Positions 1-12,486 of a stretch of DNA of 64,000 bases are shown here, in pieces. A program made the translations under genes and the position numbers. The notes beneath the pieces were generated by a model, which was not told the DNA's origin, ran no database searches, and saw only the letters and a list, made by a program, of their open reading frames with translations. Source of the stretch: Octopus sinensis (lineage: Eukaryota); assembly GCF_006345805.1 (NCBI RefSeq), contig NC_043003.1, positions 85,126,001 to 85,190,000 on the forward strand, in the 5' to 3' direction. Position 1 is the stretch's first letter. Every line of letters starts with the position of its first letter.

Positions 1-879
1 ATGGAGAACGGACGTTAAACGACGATGATGATGATGATGATGATAACTAATCTAGGACTCTTTTGATATCACCTTGCAGTTGAACTGAACTTGGAACCAT
101 GTGACTGCAATGCAACCTTCTTAGCCACATGGCTGTGACATTTATGTTCATTATTATTACCACTTTTTTTTCTTCTTGTGTCCAAATTTAGTGCCCTTTT
201 TATGTTGAAATAATAATTTTTTCTTCCTACTTGTTTCAGTCATTAGAGTGCAGCCATGCTAGAGCACTGCTTTGAAGAATTTTTAGCCAAATGAGTTGAC
301 CCCATTACTTATTTTTAAGCCTGGTACTTATTGTATCAGTCTCTTCTGCTGAACCACTAAGTTATGGGAATGTAAACACACAAACACTGGTTGTCAAATG
401 CTGGTGGGGAGGACAAAGTCACACAAACATATATATGTATATATATATATATACACACACATATATATTATATAATATACAATGGGCATCTTTGTTTCCA
501 TCTACCAGATCCACTCACAAGGCTTTGGTCAGCCCAAGGTGCCACACTGTGGGATTGAACCAGGAACCATGTGGTTGGGAAGCAAGCTTCTTAACACACA
601 TCCATGCTTGTTTAAATTTATTTAATTTTGTGTGTGTGTGTGTGTGTGTATTTCTAATACAGTGTTTTTGTTAAAGTTGATATGAATGAGTGGCTGGCTG
701 TAGGTTATGAGTCATATACCAATGAAGAACGATAATATTGATTATCGCTGACAGCTGTTTGATCAAATTGACATTTACAATTCATTAAAACCATGGTTTT
801 TTATTTATTTCTTCATGAATCGATTTGTTTTGTGTCCCATCACATTCAGTTTCAACCATATAGATACTTGCATTTTAAC

Positions 880-881
880 CA

Positions 882-962
<81 letters not shown>

Positions 963-1077
963 GTTTGTCTGTCTATCTGTCTATCTATCCCTTACTCTCA
1001 CTCTTTGTTCTCCTTCTCTCCCTTTTCTAACCACCGCCTTGTCTTTTGTTCCTACTTACTCTCTTTTTCCCCCTCTT

Positions 1078-1108
<31 letters not shown>

Positions 1109-1641
1109 TCTTCCTACTTATCTCCCCTTTTTTCTCCCTCTTTCAAGTTTCACATCTTCATTCTTTATTTCATTCTTTCTTTTACAGCCATCTGTGTCTC
1201 TCTCCCTCTCTCTCTCTCTTTCTCTCTCTCTCTTCTTCTCTCTCTCACTATCTCTCATTCCTGCCTCTATATACTTCACATTCCCTCTATCTCTCATTCT
1301 CTCCCACTAAATTTCACTCCTTTATCCTTTATACTTCAAATTATTTTCTCCTTCATTACTCTCCCTTTCTCTTGCACCCTCCCATTTTATTCCTCTTACC
1401 TCTGTACACTTCCTCTTTCTTCTCCTACTCCTGTCTCCAACCCAAGCCACTCCCTCCCACTATCTCTTTTTCTTCTTGACTCATTTTATAATTTCTTTTC
1501 GGATTCCCTCTGCCTCACCCTCTCACACTTTCTTATACTTTTTCTTTCTCTCTTGTTTTTTGCTTTACTGTGTTATTTTCTCTTTCTTCATACCTGTCTC
1601 ATTCTCTTACATTTTTTTCATGTTCTGTATTTTATCATTAG

Positions 1642-1716
<75 letters not shown>
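880..1716. repeat. (CT)n/(ATCT)n polypyrimidine low-complexity tract ending in (TA)n
   Basis: Seen directly; explains the spurious S/L/Y-rich ORFs. Confidence 0.95.
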
Positions 1717-1720
<4 letters not shown>

Positions 1721-1927
1721 ATCCAAACAAGAAAACAAAAACAAAAAAACACAACAACGCGAGGACGTGGAACAAATAAAGTTATATTGGACGCTCAGGA
1801 AAGAAAGGAAGAAGGAGGGTTTGACGTTTCGAGCGGAGCTCTTCGTCGGAAACATAGGAGAAGGAAAGATCCCGAGAAGGGAAGAGAGGGGAAAAAAATC
1901 GCTAGTGATACAGACGAGGTCACATAC
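1717..1927 (-). mobile_element. Penelope-like terminal-repeat fragment carrying a hammerhead motif
   Basis: Abuts (TA)n and contains the minimal hammerhead motif at 1819-1853. The Penelope assignment is inferred from the motif type. Confidence 0.55.
1819..1853 (-). ncRNA. Minimal type-I hammerhead ribozyme-like motif (U4C variant)
   Basis: Minus strand GUUU-CCGACGA-A-GAGC-UCC-GCUC-GAAA-CG-UC-AAAC: stem I GUUU/AAAC, stem II GAGC/GCUC, ACGU palindromic stem III, GUC cleavage triplet. Confidence 0.6.
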
Positions 1928-1928
1928 T

Positions 1929-2328
1929 AAAAGAGTGAAAAACTACAGAAGGCTTGTGTTACAAGGTTAAAGAATATATTTAAGTCGTTATGTTAGAAAA
2001 ATGTTAGAAAATTTTGTGTATAGTAACATAGTTTTTGGAGAAATAACCGGTTTCGTATATACTATTCAAATTTCTCAAATTTCTTTACCTACATCGTGTC
2101 ATGTCTTCGTTATGAAGTGAAAAGAAGAGTTCCCTTTACTTCATAACGAAGACATGACACGATGTAGATAAAGAAATTTGAGAAATTTGAAAAGTATATA
2201 CAAAACCAGTTATTTCTCCAAAAGCTATGTTACTATACACAAAATTTTATAACATTTTTCTAACGTAACGACTTAAATATATTCTTTAACCTTATAACAC
2301 CAGCCTCCTGTAGTTTTTTCACTCTTTT
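1929..2328. repeat. ~400-bp foldback (two ~200-bp inverted arms, about 3-nt loop at ~2128)
   Basis: aaaagagtgaaaaactacag...cgttatgaagt is the reverse complement of acttcataacg...ctgtagtttttcactctttt, with scattered mismatches. Confidence 0.95.
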
Positions 2329-2378
2329 CTATATTTTATACATCCAACCACATGCTTTCACACACATCAACTTTCTCA

Positions 2379-2416
<38 letters not shown>

Positions 2417-2646
2417 CCCTTTTACCCAGTAAAATTTCTATTGGTCAAATAACTGGAGTCTCATCAGGAAATCTACCATAATGTGTCAGCTAACTTAGTC
2501 ATTCTCTTAAAACTGCTTAGCTATCATCATCATCATCATCACCGAGTGGTTGTAGCGGGTGTGATTGTATATTCTCTTATTCTTTTACATGTTTCAGTCA
2601 TTTGATACGCACACACAAATATACATATATATATATATATATATAT

Positions 2647-3017
2647 GCCCCAGTGGTTAGGGCAGCGGACTCGCGGTCGTAGGATCGCGGTTTCGATTCC
2701 CAGACCGGGCATTGTGAGTGTTTATTGAGCAAAAACACCTAAAAGCTCCACGAGGCTCTGGCAGGGATGGTGGTGATCACTGCTGCACTCTTTCACCACA
2801 ATTTTCTCTCACTCTTACTTCCTGTTTCTGTTGTACCTGTATTTCAAAGGGCCGACCTTGTCACACTCTGTGTCACGCTGAATATCCCCGAGAACTACGT
2901 TAAGGGTACACGTGTCTGTGGAGTGCTCAGCCACTTACACGTTAATTTCACAAGCAGGCTGTTCTGTTGATCGGATCAACCGGAACCCTCGTCGTCGTAA
3001 CCGACAGAGTGCTTCCA
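2647..3017 (+). mobile_element. tRNA-derived SINE, family A, inserted in the (TA)n centre of a family-B SINE (2579-3185, minus)
   Basis: A/B-box-like head (cagtggttag...gtttcgattcc); near-identical to the copies at 9793 and 57447. Confidence 0.85.
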
Positions 3018-3906
3018 TATATATATATATATACGATGGGCTTCTTTCAGTTTTTGTCTACCAAATCCATTCATATGACTTTGGTCAGCCCAAGGTTACA
3101 GTAGAAGGTGCCATGCAATGGGACTGAACCTGGAAGTATGTTGTTGGGAAGCAAGCATCTTACCACACAGTCAATGCCTGTACCTATATATAACTTTTGT
3201 TTTTTATATTTCTCTTCTTCTTTTCTGAATACTTTATGCAATCAGTATTAACAGTTTAAATTTGTTGTAACTGTTGCAGATTGGAAGATGATGATGATTA
3301 TATAACCTGTAATAGCTAGGTTTGTGGATAAATTTTAAATAGATTATAAGGCTTATCCATAACCAGGTGAACTCACAGCAAAGCACCCTTTACTTGTATG
3401 TTTAATTTGTAACAGAAAATAGTGATGTCCATATGTATAATGAGTCAGTCTAAGGCTCATCATTGTTCCTAATGTAATATCACTAATGTTTGCCTGATAA
3501 ACAGGCTGGCTGTTGTTTAATTTCCTTTGAGTAAGTTCATTGCATTCTTTATTTCCAAATTGTATTGTTTAGTAATGATGTTTGACATTTAATGTGTTTG
3601 AGGTTTGTGATTCATTGGCACTGCATTTGTAGAAGTAAAGGATTTTAACTTTGGTTGAACTAAATAGAACAAACAGCTTTGTGTTTGAGGCACTGAATTT
3701 GTTAATCAACATCCAGTGCATTCTGTAAAGTGCTTGACATTAGGAATGGCATCCAGTTGTAGAAACCATGCCAAAAACAGACCTGGTGTGGCTCCTTGCC
3801 TTGCCAACTCCTGTCAAACTGTCCAGCATGGAAAACAGACATTTAATGATGATGAGGATGTTTTTGAATGTTTTATTTTAGTTTTGTTTTCTTTTTTTTA
3901 CAACAG

Positions 3907-3986
3907 GTACAGAAGTGAAAGATTTGCAAACAGTTTTAAATGAAGCATGTTCTGATGATGGGACACTTCTTCACCTTGCTACAATG
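3907..3986 (+). CDS. Exon 1 in window: TEVKDLQTVLNEACSDDGTLLHLATM (start of ankyrin repeat)
   Basis: tttttacaacag acceptor, GTAGGT donor, ends in phase 0. An alternative AG at 3911-3912 is possible but would change the upstream phase. Confidence 0.8.
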
Positions 3987-3989
3987 GTA

Positions 3990-4061
<72 letters not shown>

Positions 4062-7000
4062 GTACATATGCATGTATGGTGTGTGTGCAGTGTCATCTAA
4101 ATGCATGGGTGCAGGGATCTCATGGATCAAGGCAGACCAATTCTGATCTGTTTATGCTGTGGTTTGCTGTCAGTGAATATATACTATAGTGCCCAGGGGC
4201 CTACAATGCTGCCAAGGCAGCTGTGTGTGTGTGTTTAACTATGTATTGATTTTGATTATGTATAACCCACCCGAAATGTTATCAGCTGAAATGTTTTGTT
4301 GTGGAGCAATCCCATGCCAAAGAACTTATTGGGAGTCTATGACTTCTTGTGGGCCAGTGTTTTGCATACTTTATAGATAAGAGTATTTGAAACATGTTGA
4401 CCCGACAGAATAGTTTCAAAGCTTAGATCCTTGATTTTATTTTTTAATATTTATTTCAACCTCTTGGAAATGTATTTCAGAAGTGGATGTGGTGGTTAAA
4501 AAGTTGGCTTCCCAACCACATAGTTTTAGGTTCAGTCCCACTCTGGCACCTTTGGCAAGTGACTTCTACTATGTCTCTAGGCCATCCAAAGATGTGTAAG
4601 TGGATTTGCTAGACAGGAACTGAAAAAAGTCCATGGTTTATGTATCAATGTATGTATGTGTTTGTATGCGTGAATATGTGTATGTTTGCATCTTGTTTTG
4701 ACACTGCATGACAATGAGCAGCACTGTCATACAAGCAGTTTCTGTCATTACTAATATTCTGCATAAACATATCCTGGAGAAATTTTGCCTTGCTTGGAAA
4801 CAATTGAGGGTCGATGACAGGAAGGGCATCCAGCTAGAGAAAATCTACCTCAGATAACTCTGTCTAACTCATGCAAACATAGAAAAGTGAACAGTGATGA
4901 TGATATATATCACAATTAGAGGACAGATTTTCAGTGGGCTACTCACTGTATTTTTGAAAGTGAGAGTTGACAAGAGGGTGTCTGTAAAATGGTTCAGAAC
5001 AAATATCATAGAATTAATATTATAACTTATCTTTAACTTACTGAGTTTGGAAGAAGGGGAGGTGCCCGTGATCTTCACAGGTTCTCCAAGACTAGTGAGC
5101 TTGATGTTGTTTATGTCCCACTTAAACTATTGCAGGTCAACACCTGCTGAAAAGACATGAATAGGAAGATTCCTGAGAGCCAGTGCTTTGGGAGAAAATA
5201 ACTGGACATAGTGGTTAGTGCAGGACTACAGTAGGAGGGTTAGAATTTTGTAGATGAGGTCAGAACAGTACTGGGAGAGTTTTTTTTTTTCTTTTTTGTC
5301 ACGGACAAGTGAATTTTGAAAGAGGGGCCTTGCAAGTCTACCAGATAGATGGAAGAGCATTGAAGAAGATGAAGAATACATTTTAGATTACAAAAAATCT
5401 TTATCTTTGTTTTGAAAAATAAAAGAAATATAAAAAACTGGATTATTTATAGGATGACCCAGTATATATATAAAATAGTGAAGGAACATGACTCAGTGGT
5501 TAGAGCATTGGGCTTACAATGATGAGGGTGTGAGTTCAGTTCCCAATCCAGGCTGTGTGTTGTATTCTTACACAAAGCACCTTATTTCCTGTTACTCCAG
5601 AGGATATGACCAAAAACTGCGTGAACTCCATCCCATGCAGCTGTGGTAGGTTATACAAAGGCGAAACATGTTGCCCCCTCAAAATAAGGGTAGAGGAACA
5701 TTGCAAAGCTGTGACACGAGGAGATATTGATAAATCAGGTATAGCTGATCATGTATGGAAAAATGGAGACCACCTCCCCCTGTGGGATGAAGTTAAAATA
5801 ATTGACAGAGAACACCACTGGAAAATATGAAAACTAAAAGAAGCAGCATATATGCTAGGACACAACATTCTCCTAAGCAGACCGAGTGCAGATATGAATA
5901 GCATATGGGAACCGGTATTAAGGAAGGATAGGAGAATATTAGATTTATAAGCCCCAAAATTCACTCCATAATTGTCCATGGGTATATGGCATAGTGGTTA
6001 AGAGCGCAAGTTATTAGCCCCAAGATTCCAAGTTCGATTCCAGGCAGTGACCTGAATAATAATAATAACAACAACATCGAAAAATACCTTAGGAATGAGA
6101 ACCCAAGTTCAAAATTTCCCCCAAGACACCTGATGAAGGCTGGAGGGTATATCAGCTGAAACATTGTATTAACAGCAGACAACATGAGGATAAATATCCG
6201 TCAAATGTAAATAATGTACATAATTCCACATCTCTTAAATATAGAAAAGAATATATATTACTGATACTTATTGTAGCAGCCCTGGAAGGATGTAAAAACT
6301 CTGAAATATTTAAGGAAATAGCTAAATAAAACCCTTTTCTTTTTTAAAAAAATCGCTTCTGTTTCTGTCAAATTCACAGCCATAACTCACTCTTATAAAT
6401 AATTAGTTTCTTATAACAGGCTTCCTCTTTTCGATTATAGCTGGGAGAGGCTGACATTGTACGCACTTTGCTCTCTGCTGGTGCAGATCCAGGCATACAC
6501 AACAAAAATCAACGAATTCCTCTGGACCTTGCTATGTCAGAAAATGTGAGAATTGTCTTCAATGAAGAACTTCTGCAAGCCACTGCACATTCCAAGTTAG
6601 TTACAATATTCTCACATCTTTGATTTCATTTTCTCTTGTCTAGCAGTAACCATGTGTAAGCTGTGCCAGTGATTCTCAAAGTGTTCCAAACTGCTAAGGT
6701 CCCATAAATGTATCTGTCATCTTTAACCCCATACATCCATCAATCACCTTTATATATTCCATATTGTTTATCATAGAGGTTGGTATTGTATGCACTTTGC
6801 TCTCATCAGTCACAGACATACACTAAAAAAATTAGCAAATTCTTCTGAACTTTGCTCAGTCAAATAAAGTGAAAATCGTCTCCAATGAAGAACTTCTGCA
6901 TGCAACTGAACATCTCTGTAGAAATGATTACATAATAACAGCAATATTATAATTCATTGTAAGGCAGCGAGTTGGCAGAATTGTTACCATGCCAGGTAAA

Positions 7001-10000
7001 ATGCATAGTGGCAATTCATCCACCTTCATGTTCTGAGTTCAAATTCTGCCCAAAGTCATTTTTACCTTTTATCCTTTCGGAGTCAATAAAATAAGTACCA
7101 GCTGAGCACTGGGGTCAATGTGTAATCGACCTACTCCCTCCACTGAAGTTGCTGCCTGGTGTCAAAATTTGAAACCTATATTACAATTTATCGTAACCAA
7201 TGTACTACATGTGAAGAACATATTACAGTAGAAACAGATTAGATAAATCACTTCAAATGATCTGCTAGAAATAGTGACAAAATCTTACTGAACCCTTTAA
7301 CATTTAAACTGGCCTGAGCTGGTCTCTTACACCTACCCCACAATGTCATTCTAAAAATAAACAATCACATCATTGAAATCTCAAAAGCTACAAGATAATA
7401 CCTGATTATTTCAAAACAATAAAAATAGATAGGTATTACAGTTGACAAAGTAATTTGAATGCTAAAGGTTTAAATCACAATCTGCTGCGTTACAAAAGAA
7501 GACCACATTGAATAATGCATTCTTAGGTGGAATATACCTGACTAGGGGAAAGACAGGATGCTTGTGGCTGGAGTGTTTTTGATTATGTGTATGCTGGATC
7601 ACAACTGATCTGGAACTGAACAACACATAATGCTTCGTAATTTTGAGAGTTTCTAAAATTCTGCTGCAAATTTCATTTTGTGGTCCATATTTATCATTAC
7701 ACTATGATTCTAAATGTATTATACCATACCTCCATATGATCAAGTCACCCTTTACCAGCTCTTAATATCTTAGCTTCTTAGACCTCCACTTTCTACTCTT
7801 CATTCTGCTGTCAGCCAATTTTTTTACCCTCAGGGTGTGACACTACCCACTTTGGAAATCACTGGTCAACACACACTTGTTTCATCCCATTTTATTTTGT
7901 TTTAATTTTTTTTAAGCTGTTTTACCATGGCATAAATGAGAAGGGTTTGTTTTCCTACATATGAACATTTACCAACCTTTGTATTGCAGGAGCCAGTATT
8001 TTTATGTAAATTTCATAAGTTTATATAGAATAGTGCTTATGTTTCTTAGTATGAAGCAGATATGAGTCAACTATCACCTGGATAAGATGCCAGTTTATCT
8101 CAAACTGTGTTCTCGTATGATATAGTATTTGTTTCCAATGGTTGGTTGAACTGTTGTATGTAAAACTAGCAGTGTCGCCTGGCGTTGCTCGGGTTTGTAA
8201 GGGAAATAACTATATAAGCATTTTTAGAGAGTTATAGCCAAAAAGTAGCAAAAAAATGCATTAAAAATGGACAAAAAATGATGGTAATTTTTTTTTTTAA
8301 ATCGTTGACTCATCGTAGACATTTTTAGAGAGTTACTTCCCTTATATAATATCGAAAAAAATGCATTAAAATGGAAAAAAATGATGGTAAATTATTTTTA
8401 AAATCGTAGACTCATCGTAGACGCACGCTAATACCCAGAAGGGCTCGATATGAATGACAACTATAAGATTTGGATAAACTGCACCGCAAAATGTGGGAGT
8501 AGTTAGGAATCTAAATCATAGGAGACAGACACACAACCTTACTTTTATATAGAAAGATTACAAATACTGCTCAAATACCAAAAAACAAAAACAGGCTGAA
8601 TACCAAGACAATAGCAGTTGCATCAAAGAAACTGTGAATCAGGAGTATGTGAACCATGAACCATGAATGGAGTAGTACTAACTGGACACAATACAGAGTT
8701 TGATCAACCCTAAATGAGCAGCCCAAGTGAAAGTACCCGATTTTTAAAAGACCTGAAGCACTGATATAGCCATCTGTAAAAGGGAATTAAAACTGTTATG
8801 CTGGTGACTTAATAGCAAGACATATTTATTCTACTACTAATACTAATACTACTACTACTACTACTAATAATAATAATAATAATAATGATAATATTAATAA
8901 TAATAATATTAATAATAATAATAATAATATTAATAATGATAATGATAATAATATTAATATTAATAATAATAATATTAATAATAATAATAATCTTTCAAGC
9001 ACATCTATCTTTTACAGAGGATTCTGCATGAAACTTTTCTTCTTTCTCACAGCATAAAACACATTCCACTGTTTGAACTATTAATATTACTTTCTACTAA
9101 AGCAGGACATAACTAGTTTTGTGGCGGATTCTACTGATTAATGCATGTCTACTTCAGGCAGACTGGACTATAGTGCACTGTGGATAAATGTTACTCCATA
9201 AGATTTCTCTTTGAGAACCAAGCATTTGTTTGATAAAGTTATTCTTCATTGTTATATGTATTGCTAAAAAGGAAAAAAGCTATTTATTCCATCAATTTTA
9301 CAAATGTCAAAATTATCCAAATCATCTGAGTTTTATAATCAGCTCTGAGAAAAATATCAGTTTTTAAATACTTAAGAAAAGCAGTGTTCTTTATTTGACA
9401 AGCCAACAGGCACCGGCAATCAGGACCCCTTGCGCTCTCCTGTCCTGTATACAACTTGGCATATTACTGCATCAGTTATTCTGATTCTAGCTAGTAAGAC
9501 CATTGAGTATCTTCTTTCTCTGTCTTCCCCAACTTCTTCCTTGTAGTTTTTCTGTTGTCTTCAAGTGCTCAAGGTTGTCTCTTCTTATCGGGTTGCCAAT
9601 GAATTGAGCCTGTTGTCACCTTATGTCATTGAGAAGCTTCCTGTGGAACTTTGTTCATCTAAGGCCCTCAATATTTGTCACTCTTTCTGCATAAGACACC
9701 TTCAACATGCCTGCCTTTAAAGAACTAAATCCCTACAACATTGATAGCTTTTCCACTTGTCTGTTGATATTCCAGGTGACACAACTATATGTGGATGGAA
9801 GCACTCCATCGGTTACGATGACGAGGGTTCCGGTTGATCCGATCAACGGAACAGCCTGCTCGTGAAATTAACGTGTAAGTGGCTGAGCACTCCACAGACA
9901 CATGCACCCTTAACGTAGTTCTCGGGGATATTCAGCGTGACACAGAGAGTGACAAGGCCGGCCCTTTGAAATACAGGTACAACAGAAACAGGAAGTAAGA

Positions 10001-10817
10001 ATGAGAGAAAGTTGTGGAGAAAGAGTACAGCAGGGATCACCACCATCCCTGCCGGAGCCTCGTGGAGCTTTAGGTGTTTTCGCTCAATAAACACTCACAA
10101 CGCCCGGTCTGGGAATCGAAACCGCGATCCTATGACCGCGATCCTATGACCGCGAGTTCGCTGCCCTAACCACTGGGCCATTGCGCCTCCACACAACTAT
10201 ATGTAAGAATAGGGTCTATGTATGCCCTTGACATTCTTTTTGCTCACACTTCTTTACAGCTGTGTATATGACAATATATCTTTGATCTCGCCAAAAGCAA
10301 TATTAAAATGAATATTAATATTTTATTTCACTGAGACATTTTAAAGAAAATACCTATTAGCATTGTAATCCTAATTACACTGTTTGATTTTTCTTCAGTA
10401 TGGGGCGTGTATGCCAGCTCTTGGCTTCTGGACTTGATGTAAACCTGAAGGACAGCAGCGAAAGCCAAAACACACCTTTACATTGGGCTTCTTGTTATGC
10501 CTCACGTGACATGGTACAATGTCTCTGCTGTAAGATTTTGCTGATGATAACATACTTATTTTTATTTGCTCTCTTTCTTTCTTTCTCTCTCTCTCTCTTT
10601 TTTTCTCTCTCCTCTCTCTTCCTTCCCCATCTCTCTCTCTCATTCTGTTTTTATGTATCTAGTGAATCCCTCTACTATCTGTCTGTATCTATCACAGTGA
10701 TGACTTCATATGCTTTTTTCTTTTTTACTCTCTCACTGTATTTGTATGCTTGTATCTATCTTAAGTAAATCTCTATTATTAGACTACATATCTAACCCAC
10801 TGACCACTTTATGCTTG

Positions 10818-10884
<67 letters not shown>

Positions 10885-11434
10885 ATGAATGACTCAAAGC
10901 ACTAACTCTTTGCTGTATATCATTTCCCTTCAGTATGCTACTCTTGACTCATTTCCATTATGTAATTTCTAGTGCGTGGTGCTGATGTTAACGCAGTCAA
11001 CATGGATGGTTGCACTCCACTTCATGAGGCTGTCTCAAGAGGGAACATTGAGATTGTGGAAGAACTGCTAATCCATAAAGCTGACCCAACACTAAAGATT
11101 AAAAGAGGGTAAGAACATATCTTATTCAAACATAAAAACTTTCTAAAGTGTAAATAAATTAGTTTTTCAGAAAAATAATTTATTCCTACTTTGTGAACTA
11201 TCTGAATTAATTACACTCTCTTTACTTTTTACTCTTTTACTTGTTTCAGTCATTTGACTGTGGCGATGCTGGAGCACCGCCTTTAGTCGAGCAAATCGAC
11301 CCCAGGACTTATTCTTTGTAAGCCCAGTACTTATTCTATTGGTCTCTTTTGCCGAACCGCTGACGGGGACGTAAACACACCAGCATCAGTTGTCAAGCAA
11401 TGCTAGGGGAACAAACACAGACACACAAACATAT

Positions 11435-11478
<44 letters not shown>

Positions 11479-12439
11479 GACAGGCTTCTTTCAGTTTCCG
11501 TCTACCAAATCCACTCATAAGGCATTGGTCGGCCCGGGGCTATAGCAGAAGACACTTGCCCAAGATGCCACACAGTGGGACTGAACCCGGAACCATGTGG
11601 TTGGTTAGCAAGCTACTTACCACAGCCACTCCTGCACCTATTATGTGTAACATAATTTTTGTCCTTGGGTAGCAACTGTTATTTCCTATTTGATTACCTC
11701 GAGAAATTATGAAAAATGGCTAATATTTCCTTCAAACTTTGCTTTTGTTACATTTATTCAAACCCCAAAGAATCCCTCTTAATACATTGCTGTGATGCTC
11801 CCCCACTACTCCTGCTCATGATCAGAGATGCACATATTGTCAGCCACTAAGACTGACCACATGCTCAAGTGGTTAAGGTTAAGCAACTGACAAGCAAATC
11901 TGTGGTATTGAGCAGAATATTAGCTATAGCAATATTTCTGCTTCAGCAACTCAGTGCTGAATGTCTGAAATGCAATAGAAATAGATTAGTTTCAAAACAT
12001 TGATGTCCTGGTCACAAAAGTAAAGTTTAAAAGGGATAGTAATAGTTTTCTTTGATTTCTAGATAGAAGTGTAAATAGGAAATAACACTTAGTAGCCAAA
12101 GACAAAAAAAAATTTATTTTGTTACAGTGTTATTTGCAGGCAGAGGCTAGCACTAGTTTCTACACATTCTGTTGTGCCACTTATTTAATTGTGTAATTAT
12201 GAAGTTCACATCACAACCATGTGGTTTCAAACATACCCACATACACATACCCACATACAGCCACCCACACACACATATACGTATATTTGCACACAAATTC
12301 ATCCTCATATACACATAGGTATATGCTTACATATATATGAGACATTTATGCATATAAATATACGCATATCTATCTATCTATCTCTCTCTCTATATATATA
12401 TATACACGTCCTCATATTATTATTATTATTATTATTATT

Positions 12440-12486
<47 letters not shown>

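Noticed and set aside
793-1721. Long S/L/F/Y-rich ORFs
   Set aside because: Translations of CT, ATCT and TA microsatellites.
2435-2467. Minus-strand CTGATGA...GAAA
   Set aside because: The closing pair of stem II and stem I are not formed; at most a decayed relic.
2647-2705. tRNA genes at SINE heads (also 5483-5550, 5980-6052, 10110-10190)
   Set aside because: A/B boxes are present, but there is no complete cloverleaf or acceptor stem, and each continues into repeat body sequence.
3280-3319. Possible upstream coding exon (ttgcag|ATTGGAAGATG...CTAG|gtttgt)
   Set aside because: All three frames contain a stop before the donor; it cannot supply the start of the gene.
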